Assembly (NCBI GenBank): GCA_965207675.1
Contig: CBDBMY010000011.1
Span: 1,950,171 to 2,014,170 of the forward strand
Origin: Vicinamibacterales bacterium
GTDB lineage: Bacteria > Acidobacteriota > Vicinamibacteria > Vicinamibacterales > UBA8438
Reading direction: 5' to 3'
DNA length: 64,000 bases
Under the pieces are notes generated by a model. The model worked only from the letters and a program-made list of their open reading frames with translations. It did no database searches and had not been told where the DNA came from. Positions 19,727-28,713 of the stretch are shown in pieces. The position numbers and the translations under genes were made by a program. Each line of letters opens with the position of its first letter. Within the stretch, counting starts at the first letter, position 1.

Positions 19727-21346
19727 TCACAGGTTCCCCTCGGCGTGGCGGCTGCGCAGCACCTTCTTGTCGAACTTCCCCACGCTGGTCTTCGGCAGCT
19801 CGTCCGCGAAGGCGAAGGTGTCCGGAATCTCGAACTTCGCGAAGCTCTCCGCGAGGTGCGCGCGCAGCTCGTCGTCCGAGACCGCGCTGCCCTCCGTCCG
19901 CACCACCACGGCCAGCGGCCGCTCCCCCCACTTGTCGTCGGGGACCGCGATGACCGCCGCCTCGAGCACCTCGGCATGGGCCATCAGCGCCCCCTCGAGG
20001 GCCACCGACGAGATCCACTCGCCGCCGCTCCTGACGAGGTCCTTGGTCCGGTCGGTGATGGTCAGGTAGCCGTCGGGGGTCATGGTGCCGACGTCGCCGG
20101 TGCGGAACCAGCCGTCGGCGGTGAAGCTCTCCGGGGTCGGCTCGCGCTTGAAGTAGCTGCGGATTACCCACGGCCCGCGCGCCTGCAGCTCGCCCATGGT
20201 CTCGCCGTCCCACGGGCGCTCGGCGCCGTCGTCGCCGACGATGCGCAGCTCGACCCCCCCGAGGGGCGTGCCCTGGCGCGCCTTCACGTCCCACCGCTCG
20301 GCGTCGGACAGGCCCTCGTGCTGCCGCTGCGGCTTGCACACCGTGCCGAGGGGCGACAGCTCGGTCATGCCCCAGGCGTGGAGCACGTTGACCCCGAGGT
20401 CGCGCTCGTAGGCCTCGATGAGGGACCGCGGCATCGCCGACCCGCCGACGACCAGCGACCGGATGGACGAGACGTCGCGCGGCCTCGCCTTCAGCTCGTG
20501 GTACAGCCCGTTCCAGATGGTGGGCACGCCCGCCGCCACCGTGACCCCGTGCGTCTCGATGAGCTCGGCGAGGGCCGCCGGCTGCAGGTTCGGCCCCGGC
20601 ATCACCACGTCGGCCCCGGCCAGCGTGCACGCGTAGGGCAGCCCCCACGCCATCGCGTGGAACTGCGGCACCACCGGCAGGACGACGTCGGTCTCGGTGA
20701 GGGCCAGCCCCATCGCCTGGTTCTCGCCGAGGGTGTGCAGGAACATCGACCGGTGGCTGTAGAGGGCCCCCTTGGGGTCGCCGGTGGTGCCGCTGGTGTA
20801 GCACAGGCCCATGGCCATGCGCTCGTCCGTCGAGCGCCACTCGAAGTCGTCGGCGCCGCCGTCGACGAGGTCCTCGTAGTGCAGCACGTCGGGCAGCCTC
20901 GTCTCGACGTCGCGGGGCGCGTTCACCAGCACGTAGTGCTCGACGCAGTCGATGTCGCCGGCGACCCGCTCGAAGAGGGGCAGCACCGTGGCGTCGATGA
21001 AGACCACCCGGTCCTCGGCGTGGTTCACGATGTAGGAGAGCTGCCCGGGGAAGAGCCTGACGTTCAGGGTGTGGCAGACGGCGCCGGCCCCGGGGATGCC
21101 GAAGTACATCTCCAGGTGCTGGTGGTGGTTCCAGGCGAACGTCCCCACGCGGTCGCCGGGCGCGACGCCGAGGCCGGCGAGGGCGGCGGCGAGCCGCCGG
21201 CTGCGGCGGCAGAGGTCGGCGTAGGTGTAGTCGTGCATCCCGCCGTCGGGCTGCCGGGTGCGGATCCGCTTGTGCGGGAACATCCGCGCCGCGTGCTCGA
21301 CGATGCGGTCGAGCGTCAGCGGGTAGTCCATCATCAGGCCGTGCAT
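19727..21346 (-). CDS. Fatty-acid--CoA ligase (AlkK/DmdB-like acyl-CoA synthetase)
   Basis: [39 protein letters not shown]. Confidence 0.92.
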   Translation of the reverse strand: MHGLMMDYPLTLDRIVEHAARMFPHKRIRTRQPDGGMHDYTYADLCRRSRRLAAALAGLGVAPGDRVGTFAWNHHQHLEMYFGIPGAGAVCHTLNVRLFPGQLSYIVNHAEDRVVFIDATVLPLFERVAGDIDCVEHYVLVNAPRDVETRLPDVLHYEDLVDGGADDFEWRSTDERMAMGLCYTSGTTGDPKGALYSHRSMFLHTLGENQAMGLALTETDVVLPVVPQFHAMAWGLPYACTLAGADVVMPGPNLQPAALAELIETHGVTVAAGVPTIWNGLYHELKARPRDVSSIRSLVVGGSAMPRSLIEAYERDLGVNVLHAWGMTELSPLGTVCKPQRQHEGLSDAERWDVKARQGTPLGGVELRIVGDDGAERPWDGETMGELQARGPWVIRSYFKREPTPESFTADGWFRTGDVGTMTPDGYLTITDRTKDLVRSGGEWISSVALEGALMAHAEVLEAAVIAVPDDKWGERPLAVVVRTEGSAVSDDELRAHLAESFAKFEIPDTFAFADELPKTSVGKFDKKVLRSRHAEGNL

Positions 21347-21491
21347 CGCTTCGTCCTCACTGCGCCGGCCGCCGGTCCCGGTTGCGGTGCCCGTTCATCC
21401 GGCTGACGTGACGGCCACGGGAAACCGGCAGACCGCCAGCGGCGGCGCCCGATGCCTCCCGCCCGCGCGGAATCGCCAGCAGTCACTTTGC

Positions 21492-22505
21492 TCAGAGGTC
21501 GGCCAGCAGCACCCACATCGGCCGGTTCCCACCCTCGTAGGTCTCGAGCGGGGTCAGCTCGCCGCTGTCCTGGTCGATGCGGTACGACGCGATGCGGCCC
21601 GAGTCGAGGCCGGCCGAGTAGAGGAAGCCGCCCCGCGGATCGAGGTTGAACGCTCGCGGCACCGGCTCGGTCGCCACCCGCCCCGTCGCGGTCAGCCGGC
21701 CCGACGCCGGATCGACGGCGAAGCTCGCCACGCTGTTGTGCCCGCGGTTCGGCGCGTAGAGGAACCGCCCCGACGGGTGCATCGCGATCTGCGAGCAGGT
21801 GTTGGGTTCCGCGTAGCCGTCCGGCAACGTGGAGATCGTCTGGATCGGGGCCAGGGTCCCGCTCTTCGCGTCGATGGCGTAGGCGCTGACGCTCCCCCCC
21901 TGCTCGTCGGAGAAGTAGACGACGTCGAGCGCCGGGTGAAAGGCCAGCGCGCGCGGGCCGAGGTAGGCCTCCGGAGCGTGGTGCGCCGGCGCGTTGGGGG
22001 TCAGGCGCCCCGTCGCCTCGTCGAACGTGAACTGGAAGATCGCGTTGGGGCCCCGGTTGGCGATGTGCGGCACGTACGCGAACCGGTTGGACCGGTCGGT
22101 CAGGATGGCGTGGGCGCCGTGGGCCGTGAACCGCCACTCGACCGGCGGGAACGTCGCCGCCCCGTCGCGCCCCACCGCGTGCACGGCCGCGGTGCTCTGG
22201 TAGTAGTAGGCGGACAGGACGTACCGGCCCGAGCGGTCCGTCGCCACGTACACCGGCTCGCCCTGCAGGGGCACGGTCCCGATGAGGGACAGCCCCCCGG
22301 TGCGCGGGTCGACCGCGAAGCTCGAGAGCTGCTGGCTCCCGCGCCGCCCCACGTGGAGCACCCGCTTGTCGGGGCCGAGGCTCATCGGCGCCGGGCCGCC
22401 CTCGACCGACACGTCCTCCCGGCGGCTCAGCGCCCCCGTCGCCGGGTCCTGCGTGAAGATCGCGATGCGGTCGTCGTCCTGGAACGACACGTACATGTAC
22501 GCCAT
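21492..22505 (-). CDS. Lactonase family protein (6-phosphogluconolactonase/cycloisomerase 7-blade propeller)
   Basis: GAHAILTD, GPRALAFHP, RFLYAPNRGHNSVA, PRAFNLDP; start overlaps upstream stop (TGATG). Confidence 0.88.
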   Translation of the reverse strand: MAYMYVSFQDDDRIAIFTQDPATGALSRREDVSVEGGPAPMSLGPDKRVLHVGRRGSQQLSSFAVDPRTGGLSLIGTVPLQGEPVYVATDRSGRYVLSAYYYQSTAAVHAVGRDGAATFPPVEWRFTAHGAHAILTDRSNRFAYVPHIANRGPNAIFQFTFDEATGRLTPNAPAHHAPEAYLGPRALAFHPALDVVYFSDEQGGSVSAYAIDAKSGTLAPIQTISTLPDGYAEPNTCSQIAMHPSGRFLYAPNRGHNSVASFAVDPASGRLTATGRVATEPVPRAFNLDPRGGFLYSAGLDSGRIASYRIDQDSGELTPLETYEGGNRPMWVLLADL

Positions 22506-23599
22506 CACTCGAGCTCCTCGACGCGCGCGCCGCGCATGATGTTGAGCAGCCCGTAGTTGCCCTCGTGGCAGGCGTACTCGAACAGGGGCCCCGAGGTGAC
22601 CCCGCGCGACTCCTGGTTGGTGGTCATGGGCACGCTGGCCGTCCACGGCTGCGTGAACATCTCCGGGTCGGTCATCGTGAACTCGTAGTCGATGGTCTCG
22701 TCGTCGACCCGCGTGAACCGCTCGACGAGATGCAGCGACGGCCGCGCCCCCCGCCACGTCGCACGCCACAGGTAATGCCGCTTGTCCGAGAAGTTGGTCG
22801 TCTCGACGACGAGGGTGTCGCCCTCCCACCGGCCCCGGGACTCGCCGAGCATCGCCACGATGTCGGCGTCGAGCTGCCCGCGGCCGTCGACCGGAATCAT
22901 CCGGTACTCGTGGAACATCTCGTTGAGAATCGCCACCCAGCCCGGCGACTGCAGGATGTGGTAGTTCATGTTGTAGCCCTGCAGGGGCACCAGGGGCAGC
23001 CCGTCGGTCAGGCAGCGCTCGCCGGTGTCGGCGTCCTCGTAGGTGTCGAACGGCCCCACCCCGTAGCGCGCGAGGTCGCTCTCGAGCCGTTCCCGCCCCG
23101 CCTCCGTCCACGGGATGCGGCCGTCCGGCGGGTCCGTGATCAGCGCGGTGCGCCGGTCGTCGGTCACGTTCTTGCCGCTGTCCATCCAGAACTGGTTGTA
23201 GGACCCGACGTTGCCGAGCTCGAACCGGTCCGAGGCGGCGCGGCTCTCGGCCGACCGCACCTCCAGCTCGGCCGCCTCCTCGGCGCTGAGCACCGTCTGG
23301 TCGCCCAGATTGACCGGCCGTTCGATGGGGGTCAGGGTCGCGTTGGTCCACACGCCCTGCAGGTCGGGGTCGCCCCACGGGGTGCGCGGCGCCGTCCACT
23401 CGGCCGGGTCAGCGGACGGCTCCGCCTCCGACGCCGGCTCGGCGGCCGGGTCCGCCGGCGGGTCGGCCGCGACCGCGACCGCGTCCTCCGCCGGACCGGG
23501 GGCGTGAACGACAGTCTCCTCCGGCGTGCGCGGATTGGCCAGCACGAGGATGACGATTCCGAGAACCGCGGCAACGCTCCAGAATGTTCGATTGCTCAT
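22505..23599 (-). CDS. Uncharacterised exported/anchored 'EYACHEGN' family protein (paralog 2)
   Basis: N-terminal hydrophobic segment; WGDPDLQGVW, YNQFW, DPPDGRIP, ERC, WEGDTLVVETTNF, EYACHEGN. Confidence 0.85.
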   Translation of the reverse strand: MSNRTFWSVAAVLGIVILVLANPRTPEETVVHAPGPAEDAVAVAADPPADPAAEPASEAEPSADPAEWTAPRTPWGDPDLQGVWTNATLTPIERPVNLGDQTVLSAEEAAELEVRSAESRAASDRFELGNVGSYNQFWMDSGKNVTDDRRTALITDPPDGRIPWTEAGRERLESDLARYGVGPFDTYEDADTGERCLTDGLPLVPLQGYNMNYHILQSPGWVAILNEMFHEYRMIPVDGRGQLDADIVAMLGESRGRWEGDTLVVETTNFSDKRHYLWRATWRGARPSLHLVERFTRVDDETIDYEFTMTDPEMFTQPWTASVPMTTNQESRGVTSGPLFEYACHEGNYGLLNIMRGARVEELE

Positions 23600-23822
23600 G
23601 TCACCTCTCCGGAAAGTCCCCAGCCGTGACGCCGCCGCCGTCCGCCGCGATCACCCACCCTCCGTCCGCCGCCGTCCCGCGATCACCGGCGCCAAGGACA
23701 GCGATCGATACAACCTTGCCAACTACGTTCAGGGCCGTCCCGGCGGCGTGCGGTTCCTGCGCGCGGTACGTGGCAAGGCAATTCCCGCCACCGCCCCAGG
23801 CATGGGGCCAGGCTCCCAAGCG

Positions 23823-24824
23823 CTACCGTCCGTCCGCCGCCTCTTCCACCCGGGCCCCGGCCAGGATGCCGGCCATGCCGATGTTCCCCTCGTGGCAGGC
23901 GTACTCGAACATCGGCTCGTCGGTCCGCGTCCACGGCACGCGGGCGGTCCACGGCGCCGTCCACGTCGTCGGGTCGACCACCGTGAACTCGTAGTCCATC
24001 CGATCGGGCCCCACCCGCGTGAACCGCTCGACGAGGTAGAGGTGCTCGCGGGCGCCGCGGAAGTTGCTCTGCGGCGAGAAGTTCCGGGTCTCGACGACCA
24101 GCGTGTCGCCCTCCCAGCGCCCGCGCGAGTCGCCGTGCCACTGGCGGATCCCGTCGCTGACGTGGGGCCGGCCGTCGAGCGGGACGATGCGGGTGGTGTG
24201 GATCAGCTCCTGCTCGATGACCACGTGGTCGGCGGTCTGGAAGATCTGGTAGTAGCTGTTGTAGCCCGCCAGCAGGTTCGGCAGCCCGAACGTGATGCAC
24301 CGCTCGCTGAGGCCGCGGTCCACGGTCCACGCCGCCGGGCGTCCGCGCGACTCCCGCGCCAGCTTCGCCGCCGTCTCGGCCGCCAGCGTCGCCGGCGGCA
24401 GCCTGCCGCTCGGGGGATCGACGACGAGCGACGTCCGGTTGTTGAACTCCCGCTCCACCAGCCAGAACTGGTTGTAGTTGCCGGTCCCGCCGTCGGTCGA
24501 CGTGAAGCTCTCGGCGCCGGTGAGGGCCACGTTGAAGAACTGGTCCCCGAAGGCCGCGTCCCCCGCGTCCTGCGCGAACAGCACGTCGGCGGTCGCCTCG
24601 ACCTGCGCCAGCTCCTCGTCGGTGAGCGTCGCCCGGTCGGCGACCGCGTCGGGCCGCTCGAGCGGCGTCACGCTGTTGTTCCCCCAGATGCCCTGCAGGT
24701 CGGGATGACCGGCCGCGGTCCGCGGCGGCGAGTACGCGTCGGACTGGGCCGACGCGGCCGCCGGCAGCCCCGCCAGACCGGCAAGCACCGCCGCCAGCAC
24801 CGCTGCAAGTCCACACTTCGCCAT
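23823..24824 (-). CDS. Uncharacterised exported 'EYACHEGN' family protein (paralog 3)
   Basis: Signal peptide ending ASAQ; GHPDLQGIW, YNQFW, RTSLVVDPP, ERC, WEGDTLVVET, EYACHEGN; GAAGGAG RBS. Confidence 0.85.
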   Translation of the reverse strand: MAKCGLAAVLAAVLAGLAGLPAAASAQSDAYSPPRTAAGHPDLQGIWGNNSVTPLERPDAVADRATLTDEELAQVEATADVLFAQDAGDAAFGDQFFNVALTGAESFTSTDGGTGNYNQFWLVEREFNNRTSLVVDPPSGRLPPATLAAETAAKLARESRGRPAAWTVDRGLSERCITFGLPNLLAGYNSYYQIFQTADHVVIEQELIHTTRIVPLDGRPHVSDGIRQWHGDSRGRWEGDTLVVETRNFSPQSNFRGAREHLYLVERFTRVGPDRMDYEFTVVDPTTWTAPWTARVPWTRTDEPMFEYACHEGNIGMAGILAGARVEEAADGR

Positions 24825-25093
24825 CGTGCGCTCCTTCACGTTGGAAACTGCCCGTCAGGATAGCACGCGGACAGTCGGTCGCCGGCCCCCGAAGCACCGG
24901 TTCGCCAAGCATCCGCGCGGGGATCCGGCCGGGTCCCGGCGACACACGAACGACACGGCAACGCCCGGCGGTCGGTCGTCGGGCTGCATTCCGACGACGA
25001 GGGCCGACCGGCAGCCAGCGTTCTCCCGCAGGAGCAGGAACGTCGACGAGCGCCCGGTCGCCGCTCGCTGGCGGGCGGTTGCCTGAGAGCGGC

Positions 25094-26599
25094 TCACCGC
25101 AACAGCAGGAACGTCGACAGCGGCAGGCTGACGATGCGCGGGTCGTCCACGACTCCCGAGGCGGCCTGCGTGATCAGGATGCCGAACGACGCGTTGTTCG
25201 CAGGCTTCTCCAGGAACGCGCGGAGCCCGGACGTATCCCGGCGTTGATCGATCCGCCGCTGATACTTGATCTCCACCGGCACGCGCCGGACACCGACCGT
25301 CAGGACGAAGTCGACCTCGCGGTCGCCCCCCCGGGTCGGCTGATGCGCCACGTCGAGACCGGAGACCGCCGACGCGACCGACCCGAACACGCTCTCGGCC
25401 AGGTGCCCGGCCTGCGCCGTCAGCTCCGGCCGCGCCGCGAGCGCTTCCGGCGTCAGGGGAATCTGCTCCTGGAGCCAGCACGCCCGCAGCCCGTGATCGG
25501 CGAGACACAGCTTGGCGCCGCCCCGGTTCTTCTTCAGGCGGATGTCAAGGGGGGGTATCAGCCGTACGAGCAGCGTGTCGGCCAGCGCCCCCAGGTGGCG
25601 CACCACGCTGCCGCCCTCGATCGGCGCCCGCAACGCCAGACCCGCCTGCTCGGCCAGCTCCGACGCCGACGGCGCCTGCCCGGCGTAGCGGCAAACGAGG
25701 CGCAGCAGCTCCTCGATCAGCGCCGCGTCGTGTTCCCCCGCACCGTCTCCGTTGCCCAGGTCATGCCGGACGACCCGCTTGATCACCGTCTCGTAGAGGA
25801 GATCGGCCAGCTCGGCCCAGGCGACGTCCCGGTGCTTGTGCACGATCGGATAGCCGCCGCGCTCCGAGAAACGACGGAATGCGGCGGTGCGGAAGTCGGC
25901 GTGCCGGCGGCCGTGCTCGCGGAGTGCGAGCCAGAACTCCTTCTCGACGACCGCGCCCGGACCGTTCACGGGAAGGAACGGCGCCGGCGCCGCCAGCCCG
26001 TGAAGGGGGCCGATCTCGGTCAGCGAGAACGCGCCGGCCTCGATGGTGCTGATCCGCCCGGCCAGGCTGTCGCGCCCCCGCTCGATGCGCAGGGCCGAGC
26101 TGCCGGTGATCGCTGCGCGTACCGAGGCGTTGTCGACCAGGAACTTCAACTGCACGTGCCAGCCGTCGACAATCTGCACCTCGTCGAAGAACAGATGCGC
26201 CCACTGCCCGGCGCGCGCCAACCGGTTGAAGTGCACGCCGGCGACATGGCGCTCGAACCAGTCCGCGATGCGCAGGATGGGATCGGCAAGGTCGCGCAGG
26301 GAGGCCAGCTCGTCGAACTGCACGCGCAGAATGGTCCGGGGGGGAGCGCCCGACGCCAGGAGGTCCTGGATGATCTGGAGCTGCGCGGTCGTCTTCCCCA
26401 CCTGCCGGGGCCCCCGCACCGCCACGATCGGCGCCAGGGCGAGGTCGAGACGACGGCGAGTCTGGCCGACAAGGTGCCGTCGCGGGCCGGGCGTCACCGG
26501 CGCCGGATCGCCCGTCCACCAGGGATTCTGCCGTCGCAGGGCGGCCACCAGCGCCGGCGGCAGCGCCGGATCGGGCAGCGCGGAGCCGATCTCGTTCAT
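25094..26599 (-). CDS. AAA_14 + DUF4143-type ATP-binding protein
   Basis: QNPWW, GPRQVGKTT, FFDEVQ, TGSS, SLAGR, GGYP, C-terminal EVDFVL..VEIK. Confidence 0.88.
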   Translation of the reverse strand: MNEIGSALPDPALPPALVAALRRQNPWWTGDPAPVTPGPRRHLVGQTRRRLDLALAPIVAVRGPRQVGKTTAQLQIIQDLLASGAPPRTILRVQFDELASLRDLADPILRIADWFERHVAGVHFNRLARAGQWAHLFFDEVQIVDGWHVQLKFLVDNASVRAAITGSSALRIERGRDSLAGRISTIEAGAFSLTEIGPLHGLAAPAPFLPVNGPGAVVEKEFWLALREHGRRHADFRTAAFRRFSERGGYPIVHKHRDVAWAELADLLYETVIKRVVRHDLGNGDGAGEHDAALIEELLRLVCRYAGQAPSASELAEQAGLALRAPIEGGSVVRHLGALADTLLVRLIPPLDIRLKKNRGGAKLCLADHGLRACWLQEQIPLTPEALAARPELTAQAGHLAESVFGSVASAVSGLDVAHQPTRGGDREVDFVLTVGVRRVPVEIKYQRRIDQRRDTSGLRAFLEKPANNASFGILITQAASGVVDDPRIVSLPLSTFLLLR

Positions 26600-26605
26600 C
26601 GTGCC

Positions 26606-26715
26606 TGTCGCGTCGTGACCCGGGCGGCCTCCTCCGCTACGGCCGCCCGGGTGATGGGTCACCCGGACGGCCAGCGGGTGTCGCGTCGTGACCCGGGCGG
26701 GCGCCTCCGCTACGG
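26606..26715. repeat. 37-bp imperfect direct repeat (26606-26642, 26679-26715) overlapping a 12-bp-stem hairpin (26618-26652)
   Basis: TGTCGCGTCGTGACCCGGGCGG..CCTCCGCTACGG twice; ACCCGGGCGGCC-N11-GGCCGCCCGGGT stem. Confidence 0.75.
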
Positions 26716-27267
26716 GAAGAGCCGCCGCACCGGGCACCGGAACCCCGGCAGCACGTCGCCGCCCGTCAGCTCTCCGTCCTCCCCGATCACCTGCACGTCA
26801 TGCGACGATCGATAGACGTAGACGACCCGCGCGGCGGGCTCGACGAGCCAGACCAGGCGCACCCCGGCCGCGAAGTACTCCGCGATCTTGCCATGCACGT
26901 CTGCGAGGCGATCGGAGGGGGACACCACCTCGACGGCGAGGTCCGGGGCGCACGGCCAGTAGGCGGCGGGAATGCCCGCTTCGGGAATGCGCGCCTTGGC
27001 GACGAACGAGACGTCGGGCGCCCGGACAACGTCCGGAGCCCGCTGCAGGATGAATCCCGGCTCCGCCGTCCCGCAGACGCCGAGATCGTGCTCCTCGACG
27101 TACTCGTCGAGCAGCCGGGCGATTCGGACCGCCACGGCGGCGTGCCGGCCGCCCGTCGGGTTCATTCGGACCAGCTCTCCCCGGACCAGCTCGTAGCGGC
27201 GGCCGCCGTCCGCAACATCGAACAGCTCCTCCGCCGTCATGAGGCCGCGTTCCTGAGGGACCGCCAT
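26710..27267 (-). CDS. Uma2-family endonuclease (DUF820)
   Basis: YELVRGEL, RAPDVSF, PDLAVEVVSPSD, YFAAGVRLVWLVEP, LPGF. Confidence 0.92.
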   Translation of the reverse strand: MAVPQERGLMTAEELFDVADGGRRYELVRGELVRMNPTGGRHAAVAVRIARLLDEYVEEHDLGVCGTAEPGFILQRAPDVVRAPDVSFVAKARIPEAGIPAAYWPCAPDLAVEVVSPSDRLADVHGKIAEYFAAGVRLVWLVEPAARVVYVYRSSHDVQVIGEDGELTGGDVLPGFRCPVRRLFP

Positions 27268-27413
27268 CACCGCCTTTCAGTGTACGGCCGAGGGTCGTCG
27301 CGCTCAACCACCGATGCCCGACCCGGGCGACCCGACTCGCACCGCCAGCGCACGAACTCCGCCAGCACGCCGTGCTTGAGCAAGTCGCCCGCGTTTCCCA
27401 TGTCGTAGGGCAA
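27267..27413 (-). pseudogene. Short N-terminal relic resembling RlmJ-like methyltransferase start
   Basis: LPYDMGNAGDLLKHGVLAEF resembles the RlmJ AGNxADxxKH motif; ORF ends after ~48 codons. Confidence 0.4.
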
Positions 27414-27519
27414 TCTCAAGATGGCGGCTCCGGGTTCAGGCGGACGACGATCAACAGGTTCCTGGCGCGCGACGCGGCGACATGACGATGAGGCGCCGTG
27501 ACGTGGGACGGATCGCCAG

Positions 27520-27719
27520 CGCTCACCGCGCGCCGAGCCATGCCACGCGCGATCATTCGCGCCAGGGTTCATCAGTTCGACCGAAAGCCCGGCTCGGGCC
27601 GCCGGGTCACGGTTTCGCCGGCCATCTCCGAGAATATCGAGCTGGCCACGGCGTAGGGGATGACGGCGCGGAGCCGTCGCGAGGCGGCGCACCGGCCGTA
27701 CGCACCAGACGACGGTCAA
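27520..27719 (-). pseudogene. Degenerate RelE/ParE-type toxin relic
   Basis: Start overlaps antitoxin stop; begins MTVVW and later has RAWHGSAR, resembling ParE ends; middle is unrecognisable. Confidence 0.4.
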
Positions 27720-27976
27720 TGGTCGGGAGCCTGCCGTTCATGCGGGCCGCCCCACGATCGCAGCCAGCCGGCGACCTCGTCATGCTCGACGGTTCGGCCC
27801 TGTTCGATGTCGTCCAGCCCGGCCGCGATCTCGCCGACGTGCCAACTCTCGGTTTCGACGTAGGCCGCGATGGCCTCGGCGGCGAGGAGCGACTCCGAGC
27901 GCCGCGACCGCTTGGCCAAGGCTGCCAGACGCTGCCGGGTCTGCACGTCGAGCCGCACCGAGAGCGTCGTGGTCAT
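27716..27976 (-). CDS. CopG/ribbon-helix-helix antitoxin (ParD/RelB-like)
   Basis: MTTTLSVRLD..RLAALAKRSRRSES..AIAAYV..IAAGLDDIEQGR..V..WL; palindromes GTGCAC and GTTAAC upstream. Confidence 0.8.
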   Translation of the reverse strand: MTTTLSVRLDVQTRQRLAALAKRSRRSESLLAAEAIAAYVETESWHVGEIAAGLDDIEQGRTVEHDEVAGWLRSWGGPHERQAPDH

Positions 27977-28095
27977 GATCTCGAACGTGCGCGGCCGGTC
28001 ATCAATGTGCACACGTTAACACACGGCTGGCGGCGCGAGCCTGTGCCGCCAGCCGAGCTGGACGTAGTGACCGACACCGGGCGCAGCGCCGGCCG

Positions 28096-28536
28096 TCAGC
28101 GGGCGACGCCGGCCCGTTCCCAGGCCTCCACGCCACCCGGGACGACGCGGAACAGCGGATGGGGCGCGGGGGACGCCACCGCCTCGCAGCGCGCCGCCCG
28201 TGCCGGATCGCGGCGCGCGAGCTTGGCCTTCAGGTGCGACCACTCGTGCTCGAGCTGACCGCGCGTGACCGGAATCCTGCTGCGCGTGCCCGCCGAGCCG
28301 ATGAGGTCACGGTCGAACCGGTAGCCGCGGGCGAGCGCCTCGGCGTGCACGTGCCGAAGGTAGTGGGCGATGGAGCCGGCGGGCGAACGCCGGCGGCGGA
28401 ACCGGGCGAGCTGGGGATGGTGGCGGTAGCCGCGGGTCGCGCCCCTCAGCACGGCCTGGGCCAGCAGCGCCTCGCGCCAGACCGCGACAAGCCCCCGCGC
28501 GTCGAGGTACCCCGGATGCAGACTCCAGATTCGCAT
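28096..28536 (-). CDS. Pyrimidine-dimer DNA glycosylase / endonuclease V-like protein
   Basis: MRIWSLHPGYLDARGLVAVWREALLAQAVL..GYRHHPQL..E...RGY, typical of this family. Confidence 0.85.
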   Translation of the reverse strand: MRIWSLHPGYLDARGLVAVWREALLAQAVLRGATRGYRHHPQLARFRRRRSPAGSIAHYLRHVHAEALARGYRFDRDLIGSAGTRSRIPVTRGQLEHEWSHLKAKLARRDPARAARCEAVASPAPHPLFRVVPGGVEAWERAGVAR

Positions 28537-28713
28537 GCGTCGAGAGGAGTCGCCGGGACGCCGCGCGACGCCTCACTCGCCCATCGCCGCGGCCCCGTCC
28601 GGCGCGAGCCAACCATCCGCGAGTCCGCGCCGTTCCGCGGCGAACCCCCTGGCGTAGACTGGTAACGTCAGCGTAACAGACCGGGGGCGTGTCACCTCCG
28701 AGGAGGACGACAG

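Noticed and set aside
16877-19977. ORF-track fusions such as 16877..19471 and 18271..19977 (also 6980..9532, 21492..23399, 53224..55377, 56730..59372)
   Set aside because: Upstream extensions are off-frame reads of neighbouring genes; internal starts with RBS or signal peptides fit better
23715-23785. Sigma54 promoter or operator at the CCTTGCCA...TGGCAAGG inverted repeat
   Set aside because: The -12 TTGC element is not matched at the correct spacing, and an 8-bp repeat with a long gap is weak evidence
28540-28713. Riboswitch upstream of the TonB-dependent receptor
   Set aside because: No cobalamin or TPP consensus elements visible; an Rfam search would be needed
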